A stretch of 64,000 bases of DNA from a virus (Duplodnaviria > Caudoviricetes). Below, one piece after another: positions 35,831 to 46,710 of this stretch; the first letter of the stretch is position 1, and each line of letters begins with the position of its first letter. Position numbers and translations under genes: made by a program. The notes under the pieces were generated by a model that saw only the letters and a list, made by a program, of their open reading frames with translations, was not told where the DNA came from and ran no database searches. The stretch lies in IMG/VR virus record IMGVR_UViG_3300023218_000062; one strand, given 5' to 3'.

Positions 35831-35893
35831 TAAACTTTTATAATCAAGGTTATTTTGTCTTTAGATTATATAGGTTTAAAAGACTATCGTCAA

Positions 35894-36514
35894 TTACAAT
35901 TTCCAGTTATCAGGATTCATCTCGAATCTTTTTGGGTCAAATTCGTATGGTTTTGTAGAACGGATTTGTAATCTCACTTGGGTTAAGGACCCAATATTTA
36001 TAGGAGCTATGCTATTTGCAAAATTGGGTGCAGTTGGGAATATCACTAATGTCCCGCGCCGTGGTCGGAAATTTATATCAAATGCCGGAAATTCTAGATT
36101 TCCACCATTGACTTCAAAATAAGGATCAAAATCTGGTTTATCATTATAATCATTTAACCATAAGATTCCAGTAAAATCTATTAAATTGTATCTAACCCAG
36201 CCTTTTTCCCTAGATTGCACATATCCATCAGTCTTGAGTTGTGTTGGTTCGTAGTTTGGAGGATACCATTCAAACATTAAATTATGGGTCCCCATATAAA
36301 TAGTATCAAATTTTTTTTCTAATTCATTTGTAATATGGTCAAATGTTTTCATTATTCTATTGCTGTTCAATCGACTGGCTAATATTGTTACTTTGGGTTT
36401 CCCATCTTGGCCTATCATTGGGACTGCTTTATCTACTCGTAAATCATCTAAAATACGTTCACATAGAAGGGGGGATATGAACTCCTTGATGATTAAAAAC
36501 GGTGTTTCTTTCAT
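35894..36514 (-). CDS. 2OG-Fe(II) oxygenase-fold protein (metal ligands appear degenerate)
   Basis: FISPLLCE, GILWLND, GGNLEF and PRRGTLVIFP; no HxD motif or distal His. Confidence 0.7.
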   Translation of the reverse strand: MKETPFLIIKEFISPLLCERILDDLRVDKAVPMIGQDGKPKVTILASRLNSNRIMKTFDHITNELEKKFDTIYMGTHNLMFEWYPPNYEPTQLKTDGYVQSREKGWVRYNLIDFTGILWLNDYNDKPDFDPYFEVNGGNLEFPAFDINFRPRRGTLVIFPTAPNFANSIAPINIGSLTQVRLQIRSTKPYEFDPKRFEMNPDNWKL

Positions 36515-36558
36515 ATTATTATATTTAATTTGATGTGCAAATATTTATATTGAAAAAA

Positions 36559-37449
36559 TTAATCTGACAGTATATTTTGTTCTAGAACTATTCCTTCTGA
36601 GCTTATACCATTAGATTTTCGTACAATAAATTCTTTTAATTGTTCTTTTCCGGTATTTCCAATATCTACGTTTAATGATATTTTACTAACACCATTTTCT
36701 GTACATATTCCCGCATAAATTTCTCTACCCATAAATTTGAGTTTGCCCATCATACATGAGTCATCTATTTTTTCAAAATCTTCAACAATTATTTTATCTT
36801 CATCTCCCATGGTGTACTTTATAGTGGGTTTATCACTGAATGTTTTAATAGTTATCATGTTTTCTAGTTTTGCAGATTCGTTTACTTTTTCTTTCTTTTT
36901 TTCTTTAGAATCATCCTCGGAATTATCGTCTTCTTTTGTGTCTTCCTTATCAGGTTCTTGGTCTATTCCTATAATTTCCTTTAACGAATCCTTAAGTTCA
37001 TCCATATTTTCTGCTACCGGAATATCTTTACGATAACACACAATATCTACATGGCCCTTTCTATAAAACTCTTTAGGGCAATATACTATAACTGCTTTGT
37101 CACTTTCAACCACTTTTCCTAATTCTAATAAAGTTATTGGGGCTTTGCTATCTTCAGAAAAATACACAAGAACTACGTCTGCTTTTTCTATATTATCTAA
37201 TTCCCATGTTACCTGATCATAGAACTGTGTATTATCTATTGATTGTTCCCATACGCAATCCCAATCGTCTCTACGGGGGTTGTATATTGTTATTTTATGT
37301 TCATCTGAACTACATTCTTCTAAAAATTTTGTTACGACTGCTTGCCAGTCCTCGGCACCCCCCATATCGATGCTACCTAAAAATATTCTGATCGATTCTG
37401 ATAAGGAGCTTTCTCTACTAGGGGCTTTAATAATCTTTATATTACTCAT
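36559..37449 (-). CDS. nucleoside 2-deoxyribosyltransferase-like domain plus acidic linker and C-terminal domain
   Basis: IFLGSIDMG..DWQ, YNPRRDDWD, QVTWEL..IE.AD and APITLLELG. Confidence 0.8.
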   Translation of the reverse strand: MSNIKIIKAPSRESSLSESIRIFLGSIDMGGAEDWQAVVTKFLEECSSDEHKITIYNPRRDDWDCVWEQSIDNTQFYDQVTWELDNIEKADVVLVYFSEDSKAPITLLELGKVVESDKAVIVYCPKEFYRKGHVDIVCYRKDIPVAENMDELKDSLKEIIGIDQEPDKEDTKEDDNSEDDSKEKKKEKVNESAKLENMITIKTFSDKPTIKYTMGDEDKIIVEDFEKIDDSCMMGKLKFMGREIYAGICTENGVSKISLNVDIGNTGKEQLKEFIVRKSNGISSEGIVLEQNILSD

Positions 37450-37823
37450 TATTTACTAGCGCCTCTTAATCGTTTGTTAAACTGTTGTAGTCTTTCAGTC
37501 GGCGCTCTTCTTTTCGCTAGTTTAGTATGTCTTACCCTTTGACCTTTTTTATATCTAGATGCTTTCTTTCCAGCCCGTACTTGTTTTGGATCCTTTTTTA
37601 GTCCGCACTTCTGCGGATTTTTTACCAATCTTCCTTTACGCGGCCCTGACATACATCTAAACTGTCGAGCTAATTTATTACCATATCTTTTAAATTGTCT
37701 GGTAACACTACGCCTTTCTTTTCCACGAGAAATAGTTGGGGTCATAGATCCTTGTTTTTCTTCTAAGGCTATAAGTTCACCCGCTATATGTTCTACATAT
37801 TTAAATACTTCGTCTATTCTCAC
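37449..37823 (-). CDS. basic hypothetical (possible virion protein)
   Basis: RQFRCMSGPRKGRLV; very Lys/Arg-rich. Confidence 0.65.
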   Translation of the reverse strand: MRIDEVFKYVEHIAGELIALEEKQGSMTPTISRGKERRSVTRQFKRYGNKLARQFRCMSGPRKGRLVKNPQKCGLKKDPKQVRAGKKASRYKKGQRVRHTKLAKRRAPTERLQQFNKRLRGASK

Positions 37824-39124
37824 GGCAGCATCCCCCCGCTTCTTCTGTTTGGGGAACCTGTTGCGTTCGGGCCTTCTTGTCCTCGTCTATTTGAAATTAT
37901 AGATTTATTTTCGTCTGGTTCATCATTCTGTTCTTCTCTTTTTTTATTTTGGGCCATGCGTATTTGAGCGTTTAACTCGCGTTGTTTTAATGCTCTTTCT
38001 TGTGGGTCTTGGATGCTGCTTATTTCTCTTCGTTGTCGTCTAAGAGATGCTGCATCTACTTCACCTTCTAATATATTTGTCATAAACTCTCCGAATCCTT
38101 TTACCACTGATTCAGATACACTTCCGCGCATTTTGAATTTCGCAAGGTCTGCCAATTTTTTCGCTTCTTTTTCTTTTTCTTTTTGTTGTTTCATTTCTTG
38201 TTCCATTCTAGCAAGCTCTTCATGGTTTTTCATTTCTTCTTGCGCAGCTTTCATTGAATATTTGGCCTGTAGTGCTCTTGACTTTTCTGCTTCTGCTTCA
38301 TATTGCGCCCGGCGAGCTTCCGCTTCGGACGACAGCATTCCTATAATCTTTTTAAGCATGCTTTCTTCTTCATCTTCATCCCCGAATTCCATGCCCACAT
38401 CCTTGCCATCTTCTAAATCCTTATTTTCTGAATCTTCTTCACCAAAATCAACATTTTCTAAATCTTCCCCTCCGGCGTCATCTTTAAAAACCCCAAAACC
38501 TTCCTCTCCGGCTAAATCGTCTTCTGGGCTTTGCTCAGGTTTTGGCGATAATGTTGCATCCATTTCGTCAGGCTCCGATACTTTATCGGCGTTATAAATC
38601 TTGTCTTTGGGTATTTCAGGAAATTCTACGTTTACTATATCAAAGTTCTGCTTCAAATTATAAAGAACTTCTGCCATTGATACATTTCCACCATGGCCAC
38701 TTCGTCCTGTCATCTTATATTCTTCTATCTCAGCTAATTCTTGTGCTAGAGCAGTTTCAAATTCTTCTTGTTGGTCCCCTCTAACCGTAAGTTTCATCAA
38801 ATTACCTTCATCATCTTCGACACCATATGTCTGAGTGTTATCCTCATGCATCCTAGACTGGTTCTGAATGCCACTCAATTTAGAATATATTTGATCCAAT
38901 GAAACATTTTCTTTCAATGAAATCGAAAAGGGTGTTTTGATTTCTTTCATGTTAAGACCATTGGCAATCTTTCTGTTGTTTCTTTGTAGGAATTTAAGTA
39001 GTCCAACGTCTCTTTTTTTTGTAGGATAATCTTCTCTGCCTCTGTTGTCAGTTCGTACTGCGACTGCTCCTGCGCTTACTGATCCCCCCGCCGCTGATTC
39101 TTGTATTACTTTTTTATTCGTCAT
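37820..39124 (-). CDS. acidic coiled-coil protein, possible prohead core/internal protein
   Basis: IQESAAGGSVSAGAVA N-terminus, acidic middle, coiled coil; GATAAATA upstream. Confidence 0.6.
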   Translation of the reverse strand: MTNKKVIQESAAGGSVSAGAVAVRTDNRGREDYPTKKRDVGLLKFLQRNNRKIANGLNMKEIKTPFSISLKENVSLDQIYSKLSGIQNQSRMHEDNTQTYGVEDDEGNLMKLTVRGDQQEEFETALAQELAEIEEYKMTGRSGHGGNVSMAEVLYNLKQNFDIVNVEFPEIPKDKIYNADKVSEPDEMDATLSPKPEQSPEDDLAGEEGFGVFKDDAGGEDLENVDFGEEDSENKDLEDGKDVGMEFGDEDEEESMLKKIIGMLSSEAEARRAQYEAEAEKSRALQAKYSMKAAQEEMKNHEELARMEQEMKQQKEKEKEAKKLADLAKFKMRGSVSESVVKGFGEFMTNILEGEVDAASLRRQRREISSIQDPQERALKQRELNAQIRMAQNKKREEQNDEPDENKSIISNRRGQEGPNATGSPNRRSGGMLP

Positions 39125-39157
39125 TTTATAAAACGCTTGGTGTTGTGTAATTATTTA

Positions 39158-39604
39158 TCAAAAAAACTGATTTTTTTCTGTCAACACTCGAAATTCTATT
39201 CCTTTACTTTTACACCATTTCTCTGCCGCATCCCATTTATGTTGATTAACAATATAAGTATATTGTTCTTGCATGCGCCTAGACGATTTCTTGGCTTTAC
39301 TTGGTTGTGATTGCTTAAATGGTTTAATTTCTATGAGGTGCTTATGATATTTTCCATTTTTATCTTTTAATACTAAAAAAATATCTGGATAATATATTGA
39401 AGACACCAAATTTCCTGTTCTTGGATCAGGTTTGTAATATTGAATAGGTATTTCCTCGGATGCCCACTTTATGATATTTGGATTATTATCACAGAATTCA
39501 AAAAACTCTAACTCCCACGAAGACATATATCGTATAGCAGAAAGGTCACCTAAATATTTGTCAGGTTTTTTAGGTGTATACAATCCTTGTATCCAACCAG
39601 CCAT
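39158..39604 (-). CDS. head completion nuclease (T4 gp4-like, TnsA-type)
   Basis: YMSSWE..F..FCDNNP.I.KWASE, YYPD, IEIKP and NQHKWDAA. Confidence 0.9.
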   Translation of the reverse strand: MAGWIQGLYTPKKPDKYLGDLSAIRYMSSWELEFFEFCDNNPNIIKWASEEIPIQYYKPDPRTGNLVSSIYYPDIFLVLKDKNGKYHKHLIEIKPFKQSQPSKAKKSSRRMQEQYTYIVNQHKWDAAEKWCKSKGIEFRVLTEKNQFF

Positions 39605-39607
39605 TCG

Positions 39608-39886
39608 TTATAATATAACGCCCATAATATCACTATGGCGAAGCATTAAAAGTGTTTCATCATCAAATTCTATATATTTTCCGGTGCCATTTGCAAAAAA
39701 GATTATATCGCCAGTATCAACTTCGAGCCCTTTTTCTTTTTTACCACGTACTATTCGAGTTCCCTTAGATACAACTTCACCTTTCATACAGACTTTGGCA
39801 CTTTCTGGTATTATTAAACCAGAAGAAGTATTTTTTTTAATTATGGGTCTCACGAATATTTCATCTCTTAAAGCTTTCTTTTTCAT
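39608..39886 (-). CDS. groES: co-chaperonin GroES
   Basis: TSSGLIIP mobile loop, GEVVSKG, VDTGD.I.F....G. Confidence 0.85.
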   Translation of the reverse strand: MKKKALRDEIFVRPIIKKNTSSGLIIPESAKVCMKGEVVSKGTRIVRGKKEKGLEVDTGDIIFFANGTGKYIEFDDETLLMLRHSDIMGVIL

Positions 39887-39945
39887 TGTTTAATCCTATT
39901 TAGACGGTCAGATATATTTATGTTAAGAGTTAATATGTGTAGTTT

Positions 39946-40722
39946 TTAGGACAATATTGGGCCTTGTGGCCCACCAGTCCCCGGTAATCCTATATCTATA
40001 CCAGTATCAAAATCTCCTATATCTGGTAGAGGGCCATTTATAGATGAATCTATAGGTGTTACCTCTGGCTTATCCGTTTTTTCTACACTATATGCGTCAT
40101 AAGTAAAAGTCATAGAAATAGTATTGACATCAGATATTGTCATATCTAAGTCATCTGTATTAATTGTTGTAATTTTAGGATTGGCGTAGCGATATTTAGT
40201 TAATGTGTTCACTCCTTCATGTACTATTTCTATTTTATCAATTATTCCTAGTTCACTTCCATTTCTTAATGCTCCAATGGTCTGGCGCTCTTCCAAAAAA
40301 TTCTTACTTGACCCAGTAACATTAGCCAGTTGGCCAGTGTTCACTAATGGACTCACGGCTTCCATATAGGCATCAATAATAGTGTGGGAACGATTAGAAG
40401 AATCATCATAAAATGTAAGAGTTAAATCACCAAATTCGGTTTTAGTTGCTACTTTAGTACGATATCCATAAAAATTCACGTCTTTGTACTCTATATTAGG
40501 ATTTATCCTAGTAGCATGCTTTATTGCAAGAAGATTTGTTACTAAGTTTAATCCTCCCCCTCTGCTGCTGCTATGCACTGCTTCTCCATCACTTCTGAAT
40601 TCGAATCTAACAAAAAAATTAAATTTTAATTTTGGGGACTCTGATTCTGCAAATTTGTCCATGATGTCTGATGCACCGGGACCAGTACCATTATAAAGAC
40701 TTGGAAACGGAAATTTGCCCAT
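39946..40722 (-). CDS. tail tube-like/baseplate tube protein
   Basis: PKLKFNFFVRF, LTFYDDS and TISMTFTYD resemble gp19/gp54-type folds. Confidence 0.65.
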   Translation of the reverse strand: MGKFPFPSLYNGTGPGASDIMDKFAESESPKLKFNFFVRFEFRSDGEAVHSSSRGGGLNLVTNLLAIKHATRINPNIEYKDVNFYGYRTKVATKTEFGDLTLTFYDDSSNRSHTIIDAYMEAVSPLVNTGQLANVTGSSKNFLEERQTIGALRNGSELGIIDKIEIVHEGVNTLTKYRYANPKITTINTDDLDMTISDVNTISMTFTYDAYSVEKTDKPEVTPIDSSINGPLPDIGDFDTGIDIGLPGTGGPQGPILS

Positions 40723-41255
40723 TATTGTTGTACCTGTCTATTATCTATCTTTTCTTCTAATTTGCATTTAATAGTACAATTTATTAAATATGGCATTAGT
40801 GCTCTGTGGTTACTCCTGCGAAAGGATCCATCACTAACTCTGTCATATATATCTGCCATGACTTTGTTAAAAATTTCATATCTTTCTGGGAATTGTTGTT
40901 TTAAAGTTTCTTCTAGCTTCTCTATTCCTAAACATTTAATTGTTACCTTTGGCTTGTCTTCTTCACGTATATTTTTATTATTTATAAAGCTAGTTAAAGG
41001 CGTATCATTTGGTAATTTTAGTAATTGTAAAGCAGAAGGATTATTTCTTCTTATGCACGATGATATCAATTCTAACAATATCATACCCTTGGATATAATA
41101 CCATTCCCTGTATCATTTAAAATATCATTGAAAAAATCTTCTTTTTTAATTTTATTACGGTCAGTAGTATTAAACAACCCGCAAAATACATCAAAAAGGC
41201 ATTCTATGTTTCGGAATGTATCCTTATTTGAATCTTTTTGTTTCTCAATATTCAT
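40722..41255 (-). CDS. hypothetical protein
   Basis: ORF track; TATAAATA upstream at 41284-41291. Confidence 0.65.
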   Translation of the reverse strand: MNIEKQKDSNKDTFRNIECLFDVFCGLFNTTDRNKIKKEDFFNDILNDTGNGIISKGMILLELISSCIRRNNPSALQLLKLPNDTPLTSFINNKNIREEDKPKVTIKCLGIEKLEETLKQQFPERYEIFNKVMADIYDRVSDGSFRRSNHRALMPYLINCTIKCKLEEKIDNRQVQQ

Positions 41256-41290
41256 CCTTTGATGCTATTTCATCATATGAAGGTATTTAT

Positions 41291-41322
41291 AAAAAAGCCC
41301 GAAATAAAATTGCGGGCTTTTT
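41291..41322 (-). terminator. intrinsic terminator
   Basis: AAGCCCG...CGGGCTT hairpin with A/T runs on both sides, downstream of the tail tube gene. Confidence 0.7.
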
Positions 41323-41344
41323 ATTAATTGCGACTAGTAAATTT

Positions 41345-41941
41345 TTATCTATTAGCGCCGCCTGTTGCCTTGTCGGCAAAGTTAGTACCCGGCAATAGAT
41401 AGGCGTGATCATATCTTATTTGAAGAGTTGTTTTTACCGTTTCAGATGTTTGGTAATCTATATTACCAAAATCTGCATTATTTATAGCACAACCCTCAAG
41501 TTTCCATGTTTCAAGAGTAATTTCTGTTGGGTTATGATCCCCATCTAACATGTCCATATCTAACGCAAACTTATAAGCTTCACCTGATCTGGCTTGCCCT
41601 AAAAATGCACCAGATGTTGGTCCAATCAATCTCTGTTGCCGTTCCATTTGATCCACTATAGCCTGATGTACTAATCCACCAATATCTGGTTCTAATGTTA
41701 TACTTATTGGTTGAAAGGTATATTTTCCTTGTAAATACGCACGAGAATTATAACGATCTAATATTATTTCGTCATATTCTACTTTCGGTCGTTCGGCATT
41801 AATCGCCATTGAGGTCAACCCTCTAACTCCGGCAGAAAACCCGTCAAACTTAAATTCGATTCTCCAGCGATTTTTATAAAAGGGTTGTAAAATTCCGCTA
41901 CTTTCACCACCCGGTATACCCATGTCTGATATAGTTGCCAT
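41345..41941 (-). CDS. tail tube protein (T4 gp19-like)
   Basis: KNRWRIEF, RPKVEYDEI, LETWKLEGC and L.IRYD.A. Confidence 0.85.
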   Translation of the reverse strand: MATISDMGIPGGESSGILQPFYKNRWRIEFKFDGFSAGVRGLTSMAINAERPKVEYDEIILDRYNSRAYLQGKYTFQPISITLEPDIGGLVHQAIVDQMERQQRLIGPTSGAFLGQARSGEAYKFALDMDMLDGDHNPTEITLETWKLEGCAINNADFGNIDYQTSETVKTTLQIRYDHAYLLPGTNFADKATGGANR

Positions 41942-42051
41942 ACTTATTAACTCCTAAATAACTTTTTAATAATATTATGTCTCATTATTATTTATTAAAA
42001 TGCTTATAATAAAATTCATAAATATTCTAAAGTAAATTATAAGGTTTGTTC

Positions 42052-42786
42052 ATGAGCAAATATACAAAATATAATCAGGCTGCACTGTTATTCCATGCTG
42101 TAATAGATAATCTCGATAATAGTCATTTCGTTTATGATGAAAAATTGGGTGAGTTAAAGTTCAATGTGGGAAAAGTTGCTAGAAATGCATCATTTTCTCA
42201 TATCAATATATATGTAATTGGAACAAATGACAAGGAACAATATATCAAGCCAGCTAAATTAAAAAATGGTTCTGGTGAGTTCGCCGTAGTGGTTAGGGAC
42301 AAAGACTTTCCATCATCAATTAAAGAGGTTGATAAATTCTTAGAATCTTCTAATAGAAGTATGGATATTATCAAAGCCCTTGCCGAAATCATTAGAGTAT
42401 CTCCAGCAAATGATACTGCAACTGGTTCATCTTCTACAAAAACGGAATATGAAAAAGAAAAATATTATAATGATAGAGATACCTTTGAGAAAATGTATCA
42501 ACTGGGTGTCAAGAAGATGCAAGAGAAAATAGAATCATTCAAATCATCTTCTAAAGAGCTTGAGGATAAAATAGAAAATACTGGAATATCATCACGAAAG
42601 GCTACCTATAAAATGGCTATAAAAAATCTCAAAAATGATATTATAGGTGATGGTATTAGCAAATTTAAATCTAATTTTATAAAAGTATTGGATGAAATTG
42701 ACCCTGATTTTAAAGATCACCTAAATTCAGATAATAAGAAAAGATTGAATTCTAGGATAGCACAGTTTTATTCAGAGATTGCGTAA
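42052..42786 (+). CDS. hypothetical protein
   Basis: ORF track (ATG at 42052); CATAAATA upstream. Confidence 0.7.
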   Translation: MSKYTKYNQAALLFHAVIDNLDNSHFVYDEKLGELKFNVGKVARNASFSHINIYVIGTNDKEQYIKPAKLKNGSGEFAVVVRDKDFPSSIKEVDKFLESSNRSMDIIKALAEIIRVSPANDTATGSSSTKTEYEKEKYYNDRDTFEKMYQLGVKKMQEKIESFKSSSKELEDKIENTGISSRKATYKMAIKNLKNDIIGDGISKFKSNFIKVLDEIDPDFKDHLNSDNKKRLNSRIAQFYSEIA

Positions 42787-42827
42787 AATCTATTAACCCT
42801 ATATAATATATCAAAAAGTGTTTAATT

Positions 42828-44507
42828 ATGCCTGTAACGTGTAAGATATGTAACAGAGAATTTGCTACACAAATAACAAATACACATCTTAAAACCCATG
42901 GTGTCACAACAGAACAGTACAAAGAGCGTTTTGGGGTAGATTCTCTTTCGTCTAAAGAATATATAAAACAACGTTCGCTTAAATGTCGAGGAACCAATAA
43001 CCCTATGTATGGCAAGAATCATTCAGCCATTTCTAAGACACAAATGTCTAATAATCGAAGAAATAAACCCGGCAGAACTGGTCCTATTTCTGATATCGGG
43101 AAACAAAATATAATGCTTGGCGTGGAGAAGAGAGAAGAAAAATATTCCAGCGGAGAGCTTCAGAGGACGAGTCATAATTTTACCGAAAATGACCGAAAAA
43201 AAATATCAAATTCTGTGAAATCTTATGCCAAAGATCATCCAAATGAGTTATCTGCACGAGGGTCAAAAGCATACAAAACCGCGTTAAAAAATGATAATTG
43301 GATGGCGCCCATGACCCGACTTAAAGCTGATGACCCGGTTAAATATTATTATTTGCGGAAGCAGTCATCAGAATCAATCAAAAAGGCCAATGATCTGAGA
43401 TCAAAAAGGCTTAATGAGAAGATACTTAATAATATATCAAAATCTAATTTTAGTGTATTAGGGGATATACTATCTGAAAAAACTGGACTTCATACATATA
43501 ATTTGATGTGCAATGTATGTAAAACCAAGTTTTCATACACTCGCCAATATTTTACTGATTCCAAGTTTAATCCTGAGTGCTGCCCAGCTTGTTTTCCTAG
43601 AGATCGTAGTACTAGTATTGCAGAGGATGAAATTGCAGAATATATAAGCGCATTTCCTGTAAAAGTAGTACGAAACGACCGAACAATATTAGATGGGGGT
43701 CGTGAAATTGATATGTATTTGCCAAATATAAATCTGGCGATTGAATATAATGGATTATATTGGCACTCCCAAAAAACTCTTGAAAGTGCTAATCGAGATA
43801 AACACGCGGATTATTATAAGTATTTGGAATTACACGCCAAGGGGGTACAACTGATTTCTATCTATGAAGATGAATGGATAAAATCAAAGAATATAGTTAA
43901 AAGTATTCTTAGATATAAGCTAGGCATGGTAAGTAATAAAATACATGCAAGAAAATGTGCTGTACGAGAAATAACCACAGATGCTGCGCGGGCGTTTTTA
44001 AATCAAAACCACATTCAAGGATATAATAAATCTAAAGTTAAATTAGGATTATATTTTAACGGCAATATTGTGGCAGTTATGACCTTCTCCAAAGGAAACC
44101 TATCTAGAAAGTCATCTGCGTGGGAAATAGATCGGTTTGCATCATTATTAGACACATCCGTAATAGGTGGAGCCAACAAATTGTGGAATCATTTTCAGAA
44201 AACGTATGATCCTACTGTGGTTGTTTCATATGCCGACAATAGATGGTCAAATGGGAAGTTGTATGATATATTGGGGTTTTCTTTTCAAAAAAACACCGTT
44301 CCGAATTATTGGTATTTTAAACCGAATGAATTAAGGAGGGTACACCGTTTTACGTTACGCAAAAACTCTTCTGATTATAAAAATTTAACCGAATATGAAA
44401 ATAGATTATTACAAGGATATCTACGGATATGGGACTGCGGAAGCTCTAAGTGGATATGGGAAAAATCACATCCTGAAAAACCCCCTGTTAAAGGGGGTTT
44501 GTTTTAG
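42828..44507 (+). mobile_element. free-standing homing-endonuclease-like gene (Zn finger, NUMOD3-like, PD-(D/E)xK/DUF559-like and GNAT-like C-terminal domain)
   Basis: CKIC...H...H, NNPMYGKNHS, EIDMYLP...AIEYNGLYWHS, FLNQNHIQG, VSYADNRWS and IWDCG; antisense to the tail operon. Confidence 0.75.
44478..44500 (-). terminator. intrinsic terminator of the sheath gene
   Basis: AAACCCCC-TGTTAAA-GGGGGTTT, inside the 3' end of the convergent endonuclease gene. Confidence 0.7.
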
Positions 44508-46639
44508 GCAGTTGGCACACTTTCGATGCTACCAACCTCTCCCACATCAGCACTCTGCAACACAACTCTTATTGGTACAAAAATAAATTCTACCGCTAGA
44601 GTAGGCTTAAGAGCAACGTCAATCCATAGTTCTTTTCGTTGTACTCTATCTGGAGTATTATTTGTAGAGTCACTTAGAGTAGCAAAGTCTTGTAAAGCTC
44701 TGGTATTCAATAATCCGTTTAGAAAATTGTCCACGACAGCTTTTGCCTGATTTCTAGTTATCTGGTCATTAGGTTCAAATAAGAATGGGAAGACTGCACG
44801 TCTAACTTCTCTCTTAACAAATCTCAGCATACGCTCGACATTTATCGATTCTCTTGAAGATACAGCAGGCGCAGCGGTTTTTTGTCCCATAACCAGAATC
44901 CCTCTTCCATTAATTCTCGCGATAGGATTAATGTTTTTCGGAAATTCGTATAGTGAATCACGTTTTCCGCGATCTAAGTTTTCTACTACGAATGTAGTTG
45001 GAGTTCCTAAAACACCAGAAACATATCCCGTATCTGTCAAATGCGGGCATGTTCCTCTTGAAGACCCTGCAGGGGCAAACCACAGTTCACTTTCTCGGTC
45101 ATTAAATGCGATTACTCGTAAAGCCGTAGCTGCAGAGGTAGTCAAAATATCTTTACCATCTATGTTAGATGATATTCCATGGCCATACCAGTATGCCAAA
45201 CCAACATCTGTATTACGTGATGATACCGCCCAGTTAATTATGCTATTTAAGCCAGAAGGTGGTTTGTCAAATGGAGTTTCCCCTATTACAAATACTTCGT
45301 CTAGCATATCATCTGCTAGTCGTACTAGTTCATCAACTACTTCTGGATATCCCGGACATGCTAACAGATTAAAGTTAAATGCATCAGGATTTCTAAGACC
45401 TAAATCTGGATCATTAACGGCCGCTTGTAGGCGTTCTACGATTTCTGCCTTCCGCTCTTCATTAGTTGTACCTAACTGCGTGAATTTTCTAAATTCCCAT
45501 GTTAGCTCATATTCATCTGCTGCAGTTTCTACAATTGAACAAACTTGTTCAGAAGTATATTCTGTTGTATCATCTATTGCAGCAAACAATCCTTCAAATT
45601 GCCCAGTCGCCGGTTGGCTAAACCCATCCGGAAACATGGGGAGAGGGTTGGGACCCTGACCCGAAACGGGGTCTGCAAATGAAGAAAACAGATTTAGTTC
45701 ACTAAACAATCCTTCTACGCCAGATATATCTTCAGTAATTTCTACAGATGATGTTACTCCCTCAAGTGCAGATGTTATTCTAAGTCTTCCAGCATTAAAG
45801 CCAATAGTTGCGTTTCCACTTAGCTCTAAATTGATATTATCAATCAATTCACCAAATGTTTGTATTTGAGATCCCACTAATGATATTGCTTGTGGTGTTC
45901 CATTAATAATGAAATTAGCAGCGAATACACTATTATCATTTGACAGCCCTGTTACGTCAGATCGTGTAAGAAATCCGCCTGATGTATCAAATATAACTTC
46001 TTGATAACCAGCAACGTCTCCGGTGTGATCATTTAAAAACGCATCTCGAAAAAGATTATTATTTCCAGTTCGTCCCTTAGAAGAGAAAGAATAGCAATCA
46101 AATACTTCTTGTAGTGATTCTTCCAGCAAAAGTTTTACGTCAGCACCATTTATAGTAGTTTCTATATTTTGTCCATTAAGATCATTTTCTGCATTAAACT
46201 CATCAAGATAATCTGCGAAAAGTTCATCAAAAAAATTGCAGGATTCTGAAATCTTTTTATTAAAAAGGGTTCTTATTGCTTCAATGTTATCATTTGTATT
46301 AACATTTGCTCTAACTACTATGGCTCTGTTCCCGATTTCAAGAAATTTATTTAAGGCGTCCAAGCCATATTCATTTCTAGCATCTCCGTGGAATGGTTCT
46401 CCTTCGGCACTTTCTAAATATCTAGGAATACCATAAAGACGTAAACTTTCACTTATAGATGTTACTTCTCTATATACACCATGTTCATACGTTCCCAATG
46501 CTGGTGTTACGCCGTCGGGTTGAGTTTTTTGCTCTTCAGTTGCTATGAAAATAACGGGAAGTGCTGTTGCTCTACCCGGTGCGAAAAAACTCTCGTCTAC
46601 TATAGTTACACTAGTGCCCGGACTAATTAAATCTGCCAT
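44504..46639 (-). CDS. tail sheath protein (T4 gp18-like)
   Basis: LISPGTSVTIVDES, LWFAPAG..RG, INP and INVERML; EFIFVPI end. Confidence 0.95.
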   Translation of the reverse strand: MADLISPGTSVTIVDESFFAPGRATALPVIFIATEEQKTQPDGVTPALGTYEHGVYREVTSISESLRLYGIPRYLESAEGEPFHGDARNEYGLDALNKFLEIGNRAIVVRANVNTNDNIEAIRTLFNKKISESCNFFDELFADYLDEFNAENDLNGQNIETTINGADVKLLLEESLQEVFDCYSFSSKGRTGNNNLFRDAFLNDHTGDVAGYQEVIFDTSGGFLTRSDVTGLSNDNSVFAANFIINGTPQAISLVGSQIQTFGELIDNINLELSGNATIGFNAGRLRITSALEGVTSSVEITEDISGVEGLFSELNLFSSFADPVSGQGPNPLPMFPDGFSQPATGQFEGLFAAIDDTTEYTSEQVCSIVETAADEYELTWEFRKFTQLGTTNEERKAEIVERLQAAVNDPDLGLRNPDAFNFNLLACPGYPEVVDELVRLADDMLDEVFVIGETPFDKPPSGLNSIINWAVSSRNTDVGLAYWYGHGISSNIDGKDILTTSAATALRVIAFNDRESELWFAPAGSSRGTCPHLTDTGYVSGVLGTPTTFVVENLDRGKRDSLYEFPKNINPIARINGRGILVMGQKTAAPAVSSRESINVERMLRFVKREVRRAVFPFLFEPNDQITRNQAKAVVDNFLNGLLNTRALQDFATLSDSTNNTPDRVQRKELWIDVALKPTLAVEFIFVPIRVVLQSADVGEVGSIESVPTA

Positions 46640-46710
46640 GTTCTCATACTCCTATAAAAATATGTTATTATAATCTTATTTATTATCTATGTAATAGATT
46701 TTCCGAAAAA

